Positions 28,611 to 39,043 of a stretch of 64,000 nt of DNA are shown here, piece by piece; the stretch's first letter is position 1, and every line of letters begins with the position of its first letter. The position numbers were made by a program, and so were the translations under genes. The stretch is from an uncultured bacterium (GTDB lineage: Bacteria; Patescibacteriota; Minisyncoccia; UBA6257; GWB1-50-10): NCBI GenBank assembly GCA_963713955.1, contig OY970216.1, forward strand, positions 136,075 through 200,074, in the 5' to 3' direction. The notes under the pieces were generated by a model. It was not told the DNA's origin. It ran no database searches and saw only the letters and a list, made by a program, of their open reading frames with translations.

Positions 28611-30035
28611 ATGAATTTCAAAGGGAAAAAAGTTTTGGTAGTGGGGCTGGGAACCTTGGGCGGAGGAATTGCGACAGTTAAATGGCTCGTGAAGCACGGT
28701 GCGAAGGTTACCGTGACTGATTTGAGAACAAAAGAACAACTCTCGGATTCGGTGAGGAAGCTCAGTCAGATCGCCCCGGGAGTGAAGTTGGTTCTGAGCG
28801 AGCACCGGGAGAGGGATTTTAAAAACAACGGCATTGTTGTCGTGAACCCGGCTGTCCCGCGAGAGAGCAAATATTTGGCGATTGCGAGAAAACGCAAGAA
28901 GCTACTCGTGAACGATGCGAGGATATTCTTCGACGTCGCGGAAGGAGCGGTCATAGCGGTCACGGGGACGCGCGGAAAAACGACGACGACGAATTGGATC
29001 GCCTACTTTTTGAGATTGAGAAACAAGGACATTGTCGCCGGCGGCAATTCTTCTGAGGTGGCGCTCCTCGACCTGGCCGATAAAATTGAGCATAAGAGCA
29101 TTCCATCGGTCGTTGAGTTGTCATCGTGGCAGCTGGAACTTTTGCCGGGTGCGCGGCGCGCGCCGGACATAGCCGTAATCACCAATTTGTACCCCGATCA
29201 CCTGAACAGGTACAAAAACATAAAGGGTTACGCGCGCGCGAAAGCGAACATATTCAGAGGACAAGACAGAGATCAGAAACTGGTTTTAAACTACGACAAT
29301 CCGTGGACCAAATTTTTCCTGGGGTTGCGGCCTCGATCGAAGACTTACTTCTTTTCTTTGAAGCGGTTGCCGAGGGGCGAAGACGGAATTTTTGTAAAAA
29401 ACGGGGCCTTGTTTTTTCAGGAGACCGGCAGCGCCGAGGAGGTAATCTCCGAGAAGGCAATTTCACTCGTCAAGGGGAGAGGGGAACACAATATCATGAA
29501 TCTCATGGCTGCGTCGCTCGCCGCGCATCTTTCCGGCATTTCTTGGTTTGAAATAGCCGCGGCGGTAAGGAATTTGCCCGAGATAAAATACCGGGAGGAG
29601 GTGGTTTTGGAGAGGGAAAATTTGAGAGTTGTGAATGATTCAACGGCGACGTCTCCGGATGCCGTCGTCGCTGCCATCCGCCGCTTCGGGAGCCACGACC
29701 CCATTCTCATAACCGGCGGGACGGACAAAAACCTTGATTTCAAGCCGCTCGCCAGGGAAATAAAGAAAGCCGTAAGGTTAAAAAACTTGTTTCTCCTGAA
29801 CGGCAGCGCTACCCAAAAACTTATCCGAGAACTCAAAAAGATCGGTTATTTCAGTAAAGAGAGGCCTCAGTTGTTCGAGGATTTGGAAAAGTTATTAATC
29901 TCTGTTCGCGAGCATTCGCGTCGTTCGCGTTGCGTTGTCCTCTTCTCTCCCGGTGCAGCCAGTTTCGAAAAATTCAAGAACGAATTCGACCGAGGTGAGA
30001 AATTTAATGCGCTAGTCCGCAGCCTTAACTTTTAG
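28611..30035 (+). CDS. murD: UDP-N-acetylmuramoyl-L-alanine--D-glutamate ligase
   Basis: 'GLGTLGGG', 'VTGTRGKTTT', 'ELSSWQL', 'NDSTAT', 'SPGAASF...RG'. Confidence 0.95.
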   Translation: MNFKGKKVLVVGLGTLGGGIATVKWLVKHGAKVTVTDLRTKEQLSDSVRKLSQIAPGVKLVLSEHRERDFKNNGIVVVNPAVPRESKYLAIARKRKKLLVNDARIFFDVAEGAVIAVTGTRGKTTTTNWIAYFLRLRNKDIVAGGNSSEVALLDLADKIEHKSIPSVVELSSWQLELLPGARRAPDIAVITNLYPDHLNRYKNIKGYARAKANIFRGQDRDQKLVLNYDNPWTKFFLGLRPRSKTYFFSLKRLPRGEDGIFVKNGALFFQETGSAEEVISEKAISLVKGRGEHNIMNLMAASLAAHLSGISWFEIAAAVRNLPEIKYREEVVLERENLRVVNDSTATSPDAVVAAIRRFGSHDPILITGGTDKNLDFKPLAREIKKAVRLKNLFLLNGSATQKLIRELKKIGYFSKERPQLFEDLEKLLISVREHSRRSRCVVLFSPGAASFEKFKNEFDRGEKFNALVRSLNF

Positions 30036-30467
30036 TTTCTTGGTTTTGGTGCGGTTCAACTTCGGCATCGTGATCGTAAGGACCCCGTTCTTGAGGGAAG
30101 CGGTTGAATCGTCGGGATCGACTTCCTGGGGAAGGATGATCGAACGCGAAAAAGTTCCCCAGAAAAGTTCCTGGTAGAAATAGTTTTTTTCCTCCACCTT
30201 TTCGGATTTTTTCCGATCCCCCTTTATGGTAACCGATTCGCGGGTTATGTTTATCTCGAGCTCGTCGTCGCCCACGCCGGCAACGGTTGATTGGACCACA
30301 ATGTTGTCTCCGGCGTCGTAGACGTCGACGGTAAGCGTTCCTTCCTCGTCATCACTTGGGGCTAATTTCCTCTTCGGTTCTTTCTCTTCTTCGTCAATTT
30401 TCAAAGGAGCCGGTTCGCTCTTCACTTTGGCGAGTTCCACGAAAATGTCATTTTTATCTTCGTCCAT
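30012..30467 (-). CDS. Hsp20/alpha-crystallin small heat-shock protein
   Basis: 'VDVYD', 'FSRSIILP', 'ASLKNGVLTITMPK'. Confidence 0.93.
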   Translation of the reverse strand: MDEDKNDIFVELAKVKSEPAPLKIDEEEKEPKRKLAPSDDEEGTLTVDVYDAGDNIVVQSTVAGVGDDELEINITRESVTIKGDRKKSEKVEEKNYFYQELFWGTFSRSIILPQEVDPDDSTASLKNGVLTITMPKLNRTKTKKLKVKAAD

Positions 30468-30508
30468 GGATTCATTATAACACAACAAGTAGCGATGCGA
30501 TACTTTCG

Positions 30509-31195
30509 TTACTTCTTTATTTTTTCGAAATCTGTGAGCACCCAAAGCGCTATCAAAATGAGAAAGAACGTTGGATAGAATACGTCGCTCGATTGGAATT
30601 TGACCACGAAGAAGTTGAAGAGCGCATGGACGGCGGAAGCCAGAAGGAGGCCGGTGAGGAGGGCATTCCTCGATTTTTTGAAATGATCCAGCGCCCAGTA
30701 GTAGCCGACGATTCCGGAAGCAAGCGCGTGGAGGAGCGTCGCCCCGATGAATCTGAGTCCGACGGAGTTCAGGGTCGTGAGAATGTTCGCAAGGTTCGCG
30801 ACGTCCAATCCACCCTTCACGATGAAGAAATTTTCCACCGTCGCGAAGCCCAGGGAAACAGTGATCATGTAAACCATGGCGTCGACGCCCTCGTCGAAGT
30901 ACTTGCTCTTTTCGTTCACAAGGTACGCGGCGACGAATTTGAAAATTTCCTCGATGACGGCGATGCCCACGATGAAGAGAAGAAGGCTATGGAACGGGGA
31001 GACGGCAAACTTCTGGAACAAGAGTTCGAGAGAAAGGACCGGTATGCTCGACACAATGCCGGCGAAAAACGTCAAGGCCAGCATCTTCTTCGGTTCCGGA
31101 TGCAGATCCTCTTTCAGGAAGAAGAAGAGCCACGCAATGGCCGGCAAGCCAGCGAGGACGATGACGATGGCCGTATTGAGCAAGTAATTCACCAT
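30509..31195 (-). CDS. prsW: PrsW family intramembrane metalloprotease
   Basis: 'EEIFK', 'GFATVEN', 'LLHA', 'HALFN'. Confidence 0.9.
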   Translation of the reverse strand: MVNYLLNTAIVIVLAGLPAIAWLFFFLKEDLHPEPKKMLALTFFAGIVSSIPVLSLELLFQKFAVSPFHSLLLFIVGIAVIEEIFKFVAAYLVNEKSKYFDEGVDAMVYMITVSLGFATVENFFIVKGGLDVANLANILTTLNSVGLRFIGATLLHALASGIVGYYWALDHFKKSRNALLTGLLLASAVHALFNFFVVKFQSSDVFYPTFFLILIALWVLTDFEKIKK

Positions 31196-33426
31196 TTGGC
31201 GATCATGAGAAAATCGCTCTCCTTGTTTTCCATGTTCTGATATATTTCTTCAGTCACGAAAGGCATAAAGGGATGAAGCATCTTGAGCGATTCAGTGAGA
31301 GTGAAGTTGAGAACGGTTTGAGTTGCCTCTTTCGTTTTCTCTTCAACGAGTTGTTTTTTTGATCTCTCGAGGTATTTGTCGCAGAAATCGTGCCAGAAAA
31401 AGTCGTAGAGATTCTGGAGTGCTTTTGCAAACTCGAATTTTTCTACGTATTCTTCGGTTTCTTTCTTGGTTTTTGCGAGTTTGGCAAGTAAGGTTTTATC
31501 CGCGACAGTTTTCGGTTTAAGCTTGTCCTCCTTCGCCGAGGCTACGGAGGACGGCTCGTTTTGTTTTACAAAACGAGCCGCATTCCAGATTTTGTTGCAA
31601 AACTTCCCTCCAGCCGTAACAGCCGCCTCATCCCAGCGGATGTCTTGGCCGGAAGACTGCCATATAACCGCGAATCTCACCGCATCCGCGCCATATTGAT
31701 CTACGTACTTCAAGGGGTCTATCCCGGTTCCCAATGACTTCGACATGCGTTTCCCCTCTTTGGTGAGGATCGTTCCGTGGATGAGGACATTTTTGAACGG
31801 AACTTTCCCTGTGAATTCAATGCCGGAGAAAATCATGCGGGCGTCCCAGAGGTTCAAGATCTCCCGCGCGTTGGAAACGAAATCACCCGGGTAATACTTC
31901 TTGCGGTCGGATTCGGAAAGGCCGGCGAATGGCCACAACGCCGAAGAGAACCACGTGTCCAACACGTCGGGATCCTGAATCAGATCCGGCCTCCCGCAAG
32001 AAGGACAAGTTTTTGGCGGCCTGTCTCCGACGAACGCTGGTTTCGATACAAAGTTTAATGCCTCTCTCCAATCTCTTGGTGAATTCATCTTCTCTCTCGA
32101 TAATTTCCCTTCTTTTACAACTTCCTCTAAACAGTACCACGCAGGGATCTTGTGCCCCCACCAGATTTGCCTTGAAATTGTCCAGTCGCGGATGTTTTTG
32201 AGCCAATCAAAGTAAATCTTCCGGAAATTTTTCGGCTGAATCGTAACTTTTCCGTCCCTGACTACTTTCAGGGCTTTCCCCGCGAGCGTTTTCATTTTAA
32301 GAAACCACTGCGTTGAGGGAATCGGCTCGATTGCATGCCCGCAGCGGTAGCAGATCGAGAGATTATGCGTGTAAGGCTCTTCTTTTTCGAGGAGCCCCAC
32401 CGCTTTCAGATCTTCGACGATTTTCTTCCGCGCCTCTTCCGTTTTCATTCCCGCATATTTCCCGGCTCTTTCGTTCATCCGGCCCCGGTCGTCGATCACC
32501 TGGACGAGCGGGAGATTGTGCCGCTGGCCTATCTCGAAATCGACGAGATCGTGCGCCGGCGTCACTTTCACGACGCCAGTGCCGAATTTCATGTCGACGG
32601 CGTCATCCGCGACGACGGTGACCTTGCTTTTCTTTTTCGCCGGGACATCGAGCGGCCCTTCGGTTGAAAGTGACTCGATTTCAATCTCTTTTCCGACGTA
32701 CTGCCGGTACCGTTTGTCCCGGGGATTTACGGCGAGACCCGTGTCTCCGAACTTCGTCTCGGGACGCGTCGTCGCGAGCGTGAAAGGGCCGTACTTGATG
32801 TAGTAAAGCGCCGCGGCTTCGTCCCGGTATTCGAGTTCGAGTTCTGAAAGGCTCGTTCCGCACCGAGGGCACCAATTGACCGTCCGGGCCCCGCGGTAGA
32901 GGAGACCTTTTTCGTAGTAGTGGAGGAACGCTTTTTTCACGTCTTCCGCGTAGGCGTCGTCCATCGTGAACCTAAGGCGTGACCAGTCGGCAGAGACACC
33001 GAGCTTTTTCAGCTGTTCATAGATGCGATTGCCGTACTCGTTTTTCCACTCCCATACTCTCTTTACGAACTCTTCGCGGCCGAGTTCGAAGCGGCTTTTT
33101 CCTTCTTTCTTCAATTGTTTCTCGACGATGTATTGCGTCGCGATGCCGGCGTGGTCGGTTCCCGGAAGCCAGAGCGTCCGGAGGCCTTTCATGCGGTAAT
33201 AACGGATGAGAATGTCGGGTCCCGTGTTATCCAGCGCGTGCCCCATGTGAAGCGTCCCCGTCACGTTGGGAAGAGGCATATACACTACGTAATTTCGAAT
33301 TTTTAATTTCGAACTTCGATTAACGGGCAGATTGTCCGGGTTGAAGTAGCCGGAATCGAGCCACGTCTTGTAGATCCTGGATTCGGTTTCCTTCGGTTCG
33401 TACGGTTTCGAGAAATCAGCGTTCAT
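31189..33426 (-). CDS. valS: valine--tRNA ligase (no C-terminal coiled coil)
   Basis: 'PNVTGTLHMGHA', 'DWTISRQIWWGH', 'DTWFSS', 'RMSKS'. Confidence 0.97.
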   Translation of the reverse strand: MNADFSKPYEPKETESRIYKTWLDSGYFNPDNLPVNRSSKLKIRNYVVYMPLPNVTGTLHMGHALDNTGPDILIRYYRMKGLRTLWLPGTDHAGIATQYIVEKQLKKEGKSRFELGREEFVKRVWEWKNEYGNRIYEQLKKLGVSADWSRLRFTMDDAYAEDVKKAFLHYYEKGLLYRGARTVNWCPRCGTSLSELELEYRDEAAALYYIKYGPFTLATTRPETKFGDTGLAVNPRDKRYRQYVGKEIEIESLSTEGPLDVPAKKKSKVTVVADDAVDMKFGTGVVKVTPAHDLVDFEIGQRHNLPLVQVIDDRGRMNERAGKYAGMKTEEARKKIVEDLKAVGLLEKEEPYTHNLSICYRCGHAIEPIPSTQWFLKMKTLAGKALKVVRDGKVTIQPKNFRKIYFDWLKNIRDWTISRQIWWGHKIPAWYCLEEVVKEGKLSREKMNSPRDWREALNFVSKPAFVGDRPPKTCPSCGRPDLIQDPDVLDTWFSSALWPFAGLSESDRKKYYPGDFVSNAREILNLWDARMIFSGIEFTGKVPFKNVLIHGTILTKEGKRMSKSLGTGIDPLKYVDQYGADAVRFAVIWQSSGQDIRWDEAAVTAGGKFCNKIWNAARFVKQNEPSSVASAKEDKLKPKTVADKTLLAKLAKTKKETEEYVEKFEFAKALQNLYDFFWHDFCDKYLERSKKQLVEEKTKEATQTVLNFTLTESLKMLHPFMPFVTEEIYQNMENKESDFLMIAKW

Positions 33427-33474
33427 TTCCACCATTATCGCCGATTTTTAAGGCAAAATAAAGAGTTTCTGGGT

Positions 33475-34554
33475 TTACAAACTTAAGTTTGCCTGAGCAG
33501 TGATTCTTCTGTTTTTTTTCTTAAGCACTTGGATATAGGCGGCCACGGTGATCATCGCGGCGTTGTCGGTGTTAAATTCCATGGGCGGAGCAAAAAAATG
33601 AACGCCCAGTTTCTTGCTCTCGTTGGCCAACATTTTTCTCAGAAGTTTGTTTGCCGCGACGCCGCCAGCGAGAATAACTGACCTGGCTTTAAACTCTCTT
33701 GCGGCGCGCATGGTTTTCGCGGCCAGGACATCCACGGCGGCCTTCTGAAAGCTTGCCGCTACATCGTTGGTGAATTTCGAATTATGAATTTCGAATTTCG
33801 AATCGCGCAGGTAGTAAAGCACTGACGTTTTGAGACCCGAGAAGCTGAAATCGTAATTTTTTTCTTTCATCATCGGCCGGGGGAAATTGATCGCCTCCGG
33901 GTTACCTGAGATGGCGGCTCTCTGGATTTCGGGGCCGCCGGGATACGGGAGCCCCAGCATCCGCGCCACTTTGTCGAACGCTTCGCCGACGGCGTCATCT
34001 CGCGTTTCTCCAAGCTTCTTCCATCGCGTCAGCGACTTGAGAAGGAGCAGGATTGTGTGCCCGCCGCTCACCACCAATCCAACTGCCGGATACATTTTGG
34101 AATTTGAAATTTGCTTGCCCTCCGAAGCTTTAGCGAAGGAGGGGGATTTAGAATTTGCAGTTTTCTGCGTTAACAGAAAACTGTATAGGTGTCCTTCCAT
34201 GTGGTTTACGCCGATAAGCTTCGCTTTTGGGAAATATTTTTCGTGGATCTCTTTGGCAAAGTTGACGCCGGTCCACAAGGCGGGTTCCAAACCCGGGCCA
34301 ACGGTGACGGCAACGGCGTCAGGGGATAGGGAATAGGGTTTAGGGAATAGGGTGCTAAAAATCAAAGGCAAATTCTTAAGGTGTTCGCGCTTCGCGATGT
34401 TCGGGACGACGCCGCCGAAGGGTGCGTGGAGCGCCACCTGTGAGGAAACGATGTTTTTCAAAACCTTGAATCGCGGTGTTTTGAGACCGCCACTTGCCTC
34501 CACCATGGCAATCGCCGTCTCGTCACAACTTGTTTCTATGGATAAAATTTTCAT
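33475..34554 (-). CDS. tsaD: t6A37 threonylcarbamoyltransferase TsaD
   Basis: 'IETSCDET', 'NHMEGH', 'DDAVGEAFDK', 'FSFSGLKT', 'TDNAAMI'. Confidence 0.97.
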   Translation of the reverse strand: MKILSIETSCDETAIAMVEASGGLKTPRFKVLKNIVSSQVALHAPFGGVVPNIAKREHLKNLPLIFSTLFPKPYSLSPDAVAVTVGPGLEPALWTGVNFAKEIHEKYFPKAKLIGVNHMEGHLYSFLLTQKTANSKSPSFAKASEGKQISNSKMYPAVGLVVSGGHTILLLLKSLTRWKKLGETRDDAVGEAFDKVARMLGLPYPGGPEIQRAAISGNPEAINFPRPMMKEKNYDFSFSGLKTSVLYYLRDSKFEIHNSKFTNDVAASFQKAAVDVLAAKTMRAAREFKARSVILAGGVAANKLLRKMLANESKKLGVHFFAPPMEFNTDNAAMITVAAYIQVLKKKNRRITAQANLSL

Positions 34555-34573
34555 CGGATTATTGTTGTTCTTG

Positions 34574-34646
34574 CCCCGTCACCAAAGAAGTGCCCTTTCG
34601 CACTTCGGCGGTAGCCGCAAAGCGTAGCACTTCTTTTGGTGCGGGG
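34574..34646. repeat. long intergenic hairpin with branched loop
   Basis: CCCCGTCACCAAAGAAGTGC ... GCACTTCTTTTGGTGCGGGG. Confidence 0.7.
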
Positions 34647-34764
34647 TCGTCGCACGATGTTTCAATGGAGAGAATCAACATGTATATAGTAAGGTATCAA
34701 CTAACTGGTAATCAGTAAATAGTACGATTATAATATTCGGAAAGGTCGTCTGATTACCAAATAT

Positions 34765-35169
34765 ATGATCCAACTATTCTTAGTTTTCAGCGACTGGGGG
34801 ATACTCATCCTCCGAGTCGTCGTGGGACTCATCTTTGTGGGACACGGCTGGCCCAAGATTAAGGATTTGAAAACAACCGCCTCAAATTTCGAAGGCATGG
34901 GCTTCAAGCCGGGTAAACTGTGGGGAACCCTCGTCGCGCTCCTCGAGTTTTTGGGAGGAATAGCACTTATCGTGGGTTTCTTCACCCAGATTGTGGCGCT
35001 CTTGTTCGCCATTGAATTCGCCGTGATTCTCTTGACCGTGAAACGGAAGAGCGGCTTTGTCGGTGGCTATGAATTTGAACTCCTTCTATTCGCGGCCGTT
35101 TTACTTCTCACTCTCATTGGCGGCGGTGCCTGGAGCGTGGACAACGCGCTCGGCTTCTTACTGTTTTAA
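34765..35169 (+). CDS. DoxX family membrane protein
   Basis: 'LRVVVGLIFVGHGWPK', 'EFLGG', 'GYEFELL', 'GGGAWSVD'. Confidence 0.92.
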   Translation: MIQLFLVFSDWGILILRVVVGLIFVGHGWPKIKDLKTTASNFEGMGFKPGKLWGTLVALLEFLGGIALIVGFFTQIVALLFAIEFAVILLTVKRKSGFVGGYEFELLLFAAVLLLTLIGGGAWSVDNALGFLLF

Positions 35170-35174
35170 TTTCG

Positions 35175-36647
35175 ATGAGAGTTTATGAATTGATCCCGGG
35201 CTTGGCTGCCTGGATTACCCTCGGGGGCCTGGTCTTTTTGTCGTGGCAGCTGCCGCAGGTGGTTGTCATTTTCATCCTGCTCTACGATCTCTATTGGCTT
35301 CTGAAGCTTTTTTACCTTTTTTTGCATCTTCGCTTCGCTTTTTCCACGATGAGAAAAAATTTACGCATCGACTGGCTCGGCATCTTGAAGAGGGAAAAGG
35401 CGGATTGGGAGAAAATATACCATCTCGTCGTACTGCCGATGTATCAAGAGCCGTACGGTGTCGTGGAGCGGGGTTTTCTGAGTCTCACGATGTCGAATTA
35501 TCCCAAAGAGAAACTTATCGTGGTGCTCGCCTCTGAAGAAAGAGGTGGGGAAATTGATGCGGAAACCGCCCGCCGGATAGAGAAAAAGTTCGGCACTTCG
35601 TTCGGCGGGTTCCTCTCGACGTTTCATCCCACCGACATTCCGGGGGAATTACCGGGGAAGGGATCCAACGAGGCGTGGGCCGCAAGACTCGCCGTCTCAG
35701 ACATCATCGACAAAAGGGGCATAAAATATGAGAACGTCCTGGTCTCGGTTTTTGACATCGATACAAGGACAGGCCCTGATTACTTCGGTGTCCTCTCTCA
35801 CTCGTTCTTAAAAGCCCGGCATCCGCTCCGTTCAAGTTACCAACCCATACCTCTTTTTACCAACAACCTCAGCAAGTCGAAGTTTTTCGCGCGGTTAGTG
35901 GGTTTCTCATCAAGTTTTTGGCACCTCATGCAATCATCCCGCCCTGAACAACTCGTCACTTTTTCATCCCACAGCCTGCCGCTCAAAGCCCTCGTGGAGG
36001 TTGGTTTCTGGGAAACCAACCTCGTGTCAGAGGACGCGCGGATATTCTTTCAGTGCCTCGCGCACTATAGGGGAGACTGGCGCACCGTTCCCCTGCTCTA
36101 CCCGGTTTACATGGATTCGGTCGTCGGGAGGAACTTTTTTGAAGCTATGAAAAATTTATATAAGCAGCAGCGGAGGTGGGCTTGGGGGGTGGAAAACTTC
36201 GTGTATGCCGCGAGAGACTTTAGGAAAGCGAAGGACATGCCCGGGAGAATTAAGAGATTCTGGATGTGGACTCAATTCGACGGGTTTTATTCTTGGTCAA
36301 CAAGCTCTTTTATCATTTTTCTCTTTGGCGTTCTCCCCAACGTCTTGGGCAATGAGAATTTCAAAAGTTCCCTTTTATCTTACAACTTGCCGCGGATAAC
36401 CGGCGTGATCTTGAATTTGAGCACGGTGGGCATCATCGTTTCGGCGATCTTGAGCATTATACTCATGGCTCCAAAAATGGAGGGTTTCAAGAAGAGATAT
36501 TACGTTTACTATCTCTTGGAATGGATTCTCATGCCGCTCGTCTTCATATTCTTCGGGTCGGTTCCGGCGCTCGATGCTCAGACGAGGCTCATGCTGGGAG
36601 GCAAGGCCCGCCTCGGGTACTGGAGAACCCCGAAGGCAACAAAATGA
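35175..36647 (+). CDS. membrane glycosyltransferase family 2 (processive type)
   Basis: 'GKGSN', DxD 'DID', 'SED', QxxRW 'QQRRW', multiple TMs. Confidence 0.88.
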   Translation: MRVYELIPGLAAWITLGGLVFLSWQLPQVVVIFILLYDLYWLLKLFYLFLHLRFAFSTMRKNLRIDWLGILKREKADWEKIYHLVVLPMYQEPYGVVERGFLSLTMSNYPKEKLIVVLASEERGGEIDAETARRIEKKFGTSFGGFLSTFHPTDIPGELPGKGSNEAWAARLAVSDIIDKRGIKYENVLVSVFDIDTRTGPDYFGVLSHSFLKARHPLRSSYQPIPLFTNNLSKSKFFARLVGFSSSFWHLMQSSRPEQLVTFSSHSLPLKALVEVGFWETNLVSEDARIFFQCLAHYRGDWRTVPLLYPVYMDSVVGRNFFEAMKNLYKQQRRWAWGVENFVYAARDFRKAKDMPGRIKRFWMWTQFDGFYSWSTSSFIIFLFGVLPNVLGNENFKSSLLSYNLPRITGVILNLSTVGIIVSAILSIILMAPKMEGFKKRYYVYYLLEWILMPLVFIFFGSVPALDAQTRLMLGGKARLGYWRTPKATK

Positions 36648-36648
36648 C

Positions 36649-37182
36649 ATGTCTGAATACATAACGCGAGCAATTGTTTTGGGGTTCAAGGAAACCAAAG
36701 AGCACGACAAGATTTTTGATTTGTATACGGAGCATTTCGGAAGAATACGGGTCAAGTCGCCGGGCGGGAAGAAGATCCTATCCAAACTTTCTCCGCACCT
36801 CGACGTCGCGAACCTCGCGACGGTGAAGATTGTCGAGAAAAACAACCTGACGCTTGTTGATGCCCTCCTTGAGGATAATTTCGGGGGTGCGGGGGAGCCC
36901 TCCTTTTTCGTTCGGATGTTGGAACTCTTGAGTGTGGTGAAAAAAATGTCACCCGAAGCCGTCCCCGACCCGGAGCTCTGGACGTTCACCCTTGATTCCT
37001 TGAGGAGGAAGAAAGCGGACATCGAGAAACTTCTCGCCGTTTTGGGGTATAATCCTAGGAATGCTTCTTGTGGATCGTGCGCCTCGCGCGACGTCTCGGT
37101 TTTCGACGAGGGAAGCCAAACTTTTTTTTGCGGTTCCTGTGCCTCGAAGATGGAGAAAGATAATCTCGTGCATTTGAAATAG
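36649..37182 (+). CDS. recO: DNA repair protein RecO (short)
   Basis: 'AIVL...E.DKI..LYTEHFGRI', Zn motif CxxC...CxxC. Confidence 0.75.
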   Translation: MSEYITRAIVLGFKETKEHDKIFDLYTEHFGRIRVKSPGGKKILSKLSPHLDVANLATVKIVEKNNLTLVDALLEDNFGGAGEPSFFVRMLELLSVVKKMSPEAVPDPELWTFTLDSLRRKKADIEKLLAVLGYNPRNASCGSCASRDVSVFDEGSQTFFCGSCASKMEKDNLVHLK

Positions 37183-37184
37183 CC

Positions 37185-38978
37185 ATGCCTCTTTCTGACA
37201 TAGAAAAAAGACTGAAGGAGCACCGGAAGAAATCCATGAGCCATTTAATCCCCGGATGGCTCCGGAAGGTGCTGTGGAGCGGCATCTTTATCGGTCTTGC
37301 GGTCATTATAGCCGGCGTATCTTTCATTGTTTACTACCTCAATCAACCTAAGGGTGTCGACCTCGAAATCTCTGCGCCGGCCGACGTTTCGAGGGGAGTT
37401 CCCTTTGAACTCAACGTTGACGTTACCAATCTCTCGGGGATTCCGGTCGGCAATGCCGTGATCAACATAACGCTGCCGACCGACCTTCTCCTTTGGGGGC
37501 CCGGAATGAACGGAACTATTTATTCGGAAAATGTGGGCGATTTGGGGGTGGGGAGTCTTTACCGAAAGACCTATAAAGTCATAGCTGTCGGGGACTTGAA
37601 TTCCAGCGAGACTCTCAACGTTTCCGTTTCTTACGTAAACCAAAGTGGCGCTCGGTTCGAGATTAAGAATAAGGCGAGCGTCGTGATTTCGAACGAAGCT
37701 TTGAATCTAAGCATCTCGAAGCCGGACCAAGTGTTCAACGGCTCCCTTTTTTCCTTCAGCGTCAACTATGCCAACAATTCGGATTTCGATTTCCCGAACA
37801 TGGTCCTCCAAGCGGATTTCCCGGATTCGTTCACGTTCGACTCATCTTCCCTCCCGCCCTCCTCCCTTTCGAACACTTGGCAGCTGGGCTCGGCGCTCGC
37901 TAATTCGACCGGTACCCTTTCCGTGAGGGGGGAATTCTCCGGGTCTGATTCGTCGTCTTTCGACATACCCCTGAAACTCTACGCCGTTTTGAACGGCAAG
38001 AACTACGAAGTCGCCGACTATGATGCTTCTTTTTCCCTCTCACCCTCGCCCGTAGGGATAAGCGTTTTCGTGAACGGTTCGAGTAACTATGTCGCAAAGC
38101 CGATCGATACGCTCAACTACTCCGTGGCATACAGCAACATGAGCGGCATAGCCCTTAAAGACGTTACCGTGAAGGCGGTCTTGAGCGGTTTCGCCGATTG
38201 GTCTTCGGTAAAGACCGACGGCATTTTCAATCCAGCTTCCAAGGCGGTGATTTGGAATTCCTCGACGACGCCGGCTCTCGCGTTCGTCACACCGGGTTCG
38301 ACCGGCAACGTAACCCTGAGCTTGTCCGTTAATTCCAAAGCCCCGTCGTCGCTCCAGGATCTCTCAAATAAGAATCTGTACATTAAAATTGACGCTTCAA
38401 TATCGTCGCCTTCTGTTCCGTACTATGTTTCGGGCGGCAAAACCTTCGCCGAGGCATCCCAAGAAACCAGGATCGCGAGCCTCGTTTACCTTGATGCGAA
38501 AGCGTTTTTCAGGGATACCTCGGGGCTCGCGGCAAATGCCGGGAGCTTCCCGCCGAAAGTCGGCGTGCCGACGGATTACACCGTCCATTGGGTCGTAAGC
38601 AATTTCGGGAATGATTTGAGCGACGTTAAAGTATCCGCCGTGTTGCCGTCGGGGGTGAAATTCACGGGAGTCTCGAAAACCAACGTTGCATCTTCCTCGC
38701 TCGCCTTCGATCCGTCGACCGGGGGCGTTGTATGGAATATCGGCGCCGTCGTCGCGAATGGCGGCTATTTGACCGGCTCGCTCGAGGGGATCTTTCAAAT
38801 TGAAGCGACGCCTGATGCAAGTTCGGTCGGCTCTTACGAGACAATTCTCGGGATGACGAATCTCGAGGCTACCGACGACTTTACTGGTTCGAAAGTAGCG
38901 ATATCCAGTCCGCCGCTCACGACGCTTCTCCCCGCCGATGCGACGGTTGCGCCCGGGAGCGGGGTCGTGAGGCAGTAA
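37185..38978 (+). CDS. membrane-anchored Ig-like/DUF11-type surface protein
   Basis: One TM, repeated beta-sandwich motifs, 'PPKVG..TDYTVHW'. Confidence 0.75.
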   Translation: MPLSDIEKRLKEHRKKSMSHLIPGWLRKVLWSGIFIGLAVIIAGVSFIVYYLNQPKGVDLEISAPADVSRGVPFELNVDVTNLSGIPVGNAVINITLPTDLLLWGPGMNGTIYSENVGDLGVGSLYRKTYKVIAVGDLNSSETLNVSVSYVNQSGARFEIKNKASVVISNEALNLSISKPDQVFNGSLFSFSVNYANNSDFDFPNMVLQADFPDSFTFDSSSLPPSSLSNTWQLGSALANSTGTLSVRGEFSGSDSSSFDIPLKLYAVLNGKNYEVADYDASFSLSPSPVGISVFVNGSSNYVAKPIDTLNYSVAYSNMSGIALKDVTVKAVLSGFADWSSVKTDGIFNPASKAVIWNSSTTPALAFVTPGSTGNVTLSLSVNSKAPSSLQDLSNKNLYIKIDASISSPSVPYYVSGGKTFAEASQETRIASLVYLDAKAFFRDTSGLAANAGSFPPKVGVPTDYTVHWVVSNFGNDLSDVKVSAVLPSGVKFTGVSKTNVASSSLAFDPSTGGVVWNIGAVVANGGYLTGSLEGIFQIEATPDASSVGSYETILGMTNLEATDDFTGSKVAISSPPLTTLLPADATVAPGSGVVRQ

Positions 38979-39043
38979 ATTTTCGTGCTCGGTTTGCTTT
39001 AAAGTAATTGGCGGAATGATTTTTTTAATTTACAATTGAGTCA

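Noticed and set aside
31189-33426. valS (and metG, rpsA, recO) as truncated pseudogenes
   Set aside because: Catalytic motifs are intact and the stops abut the next genes; loss of C-terminal appendages is common in reduced genomes
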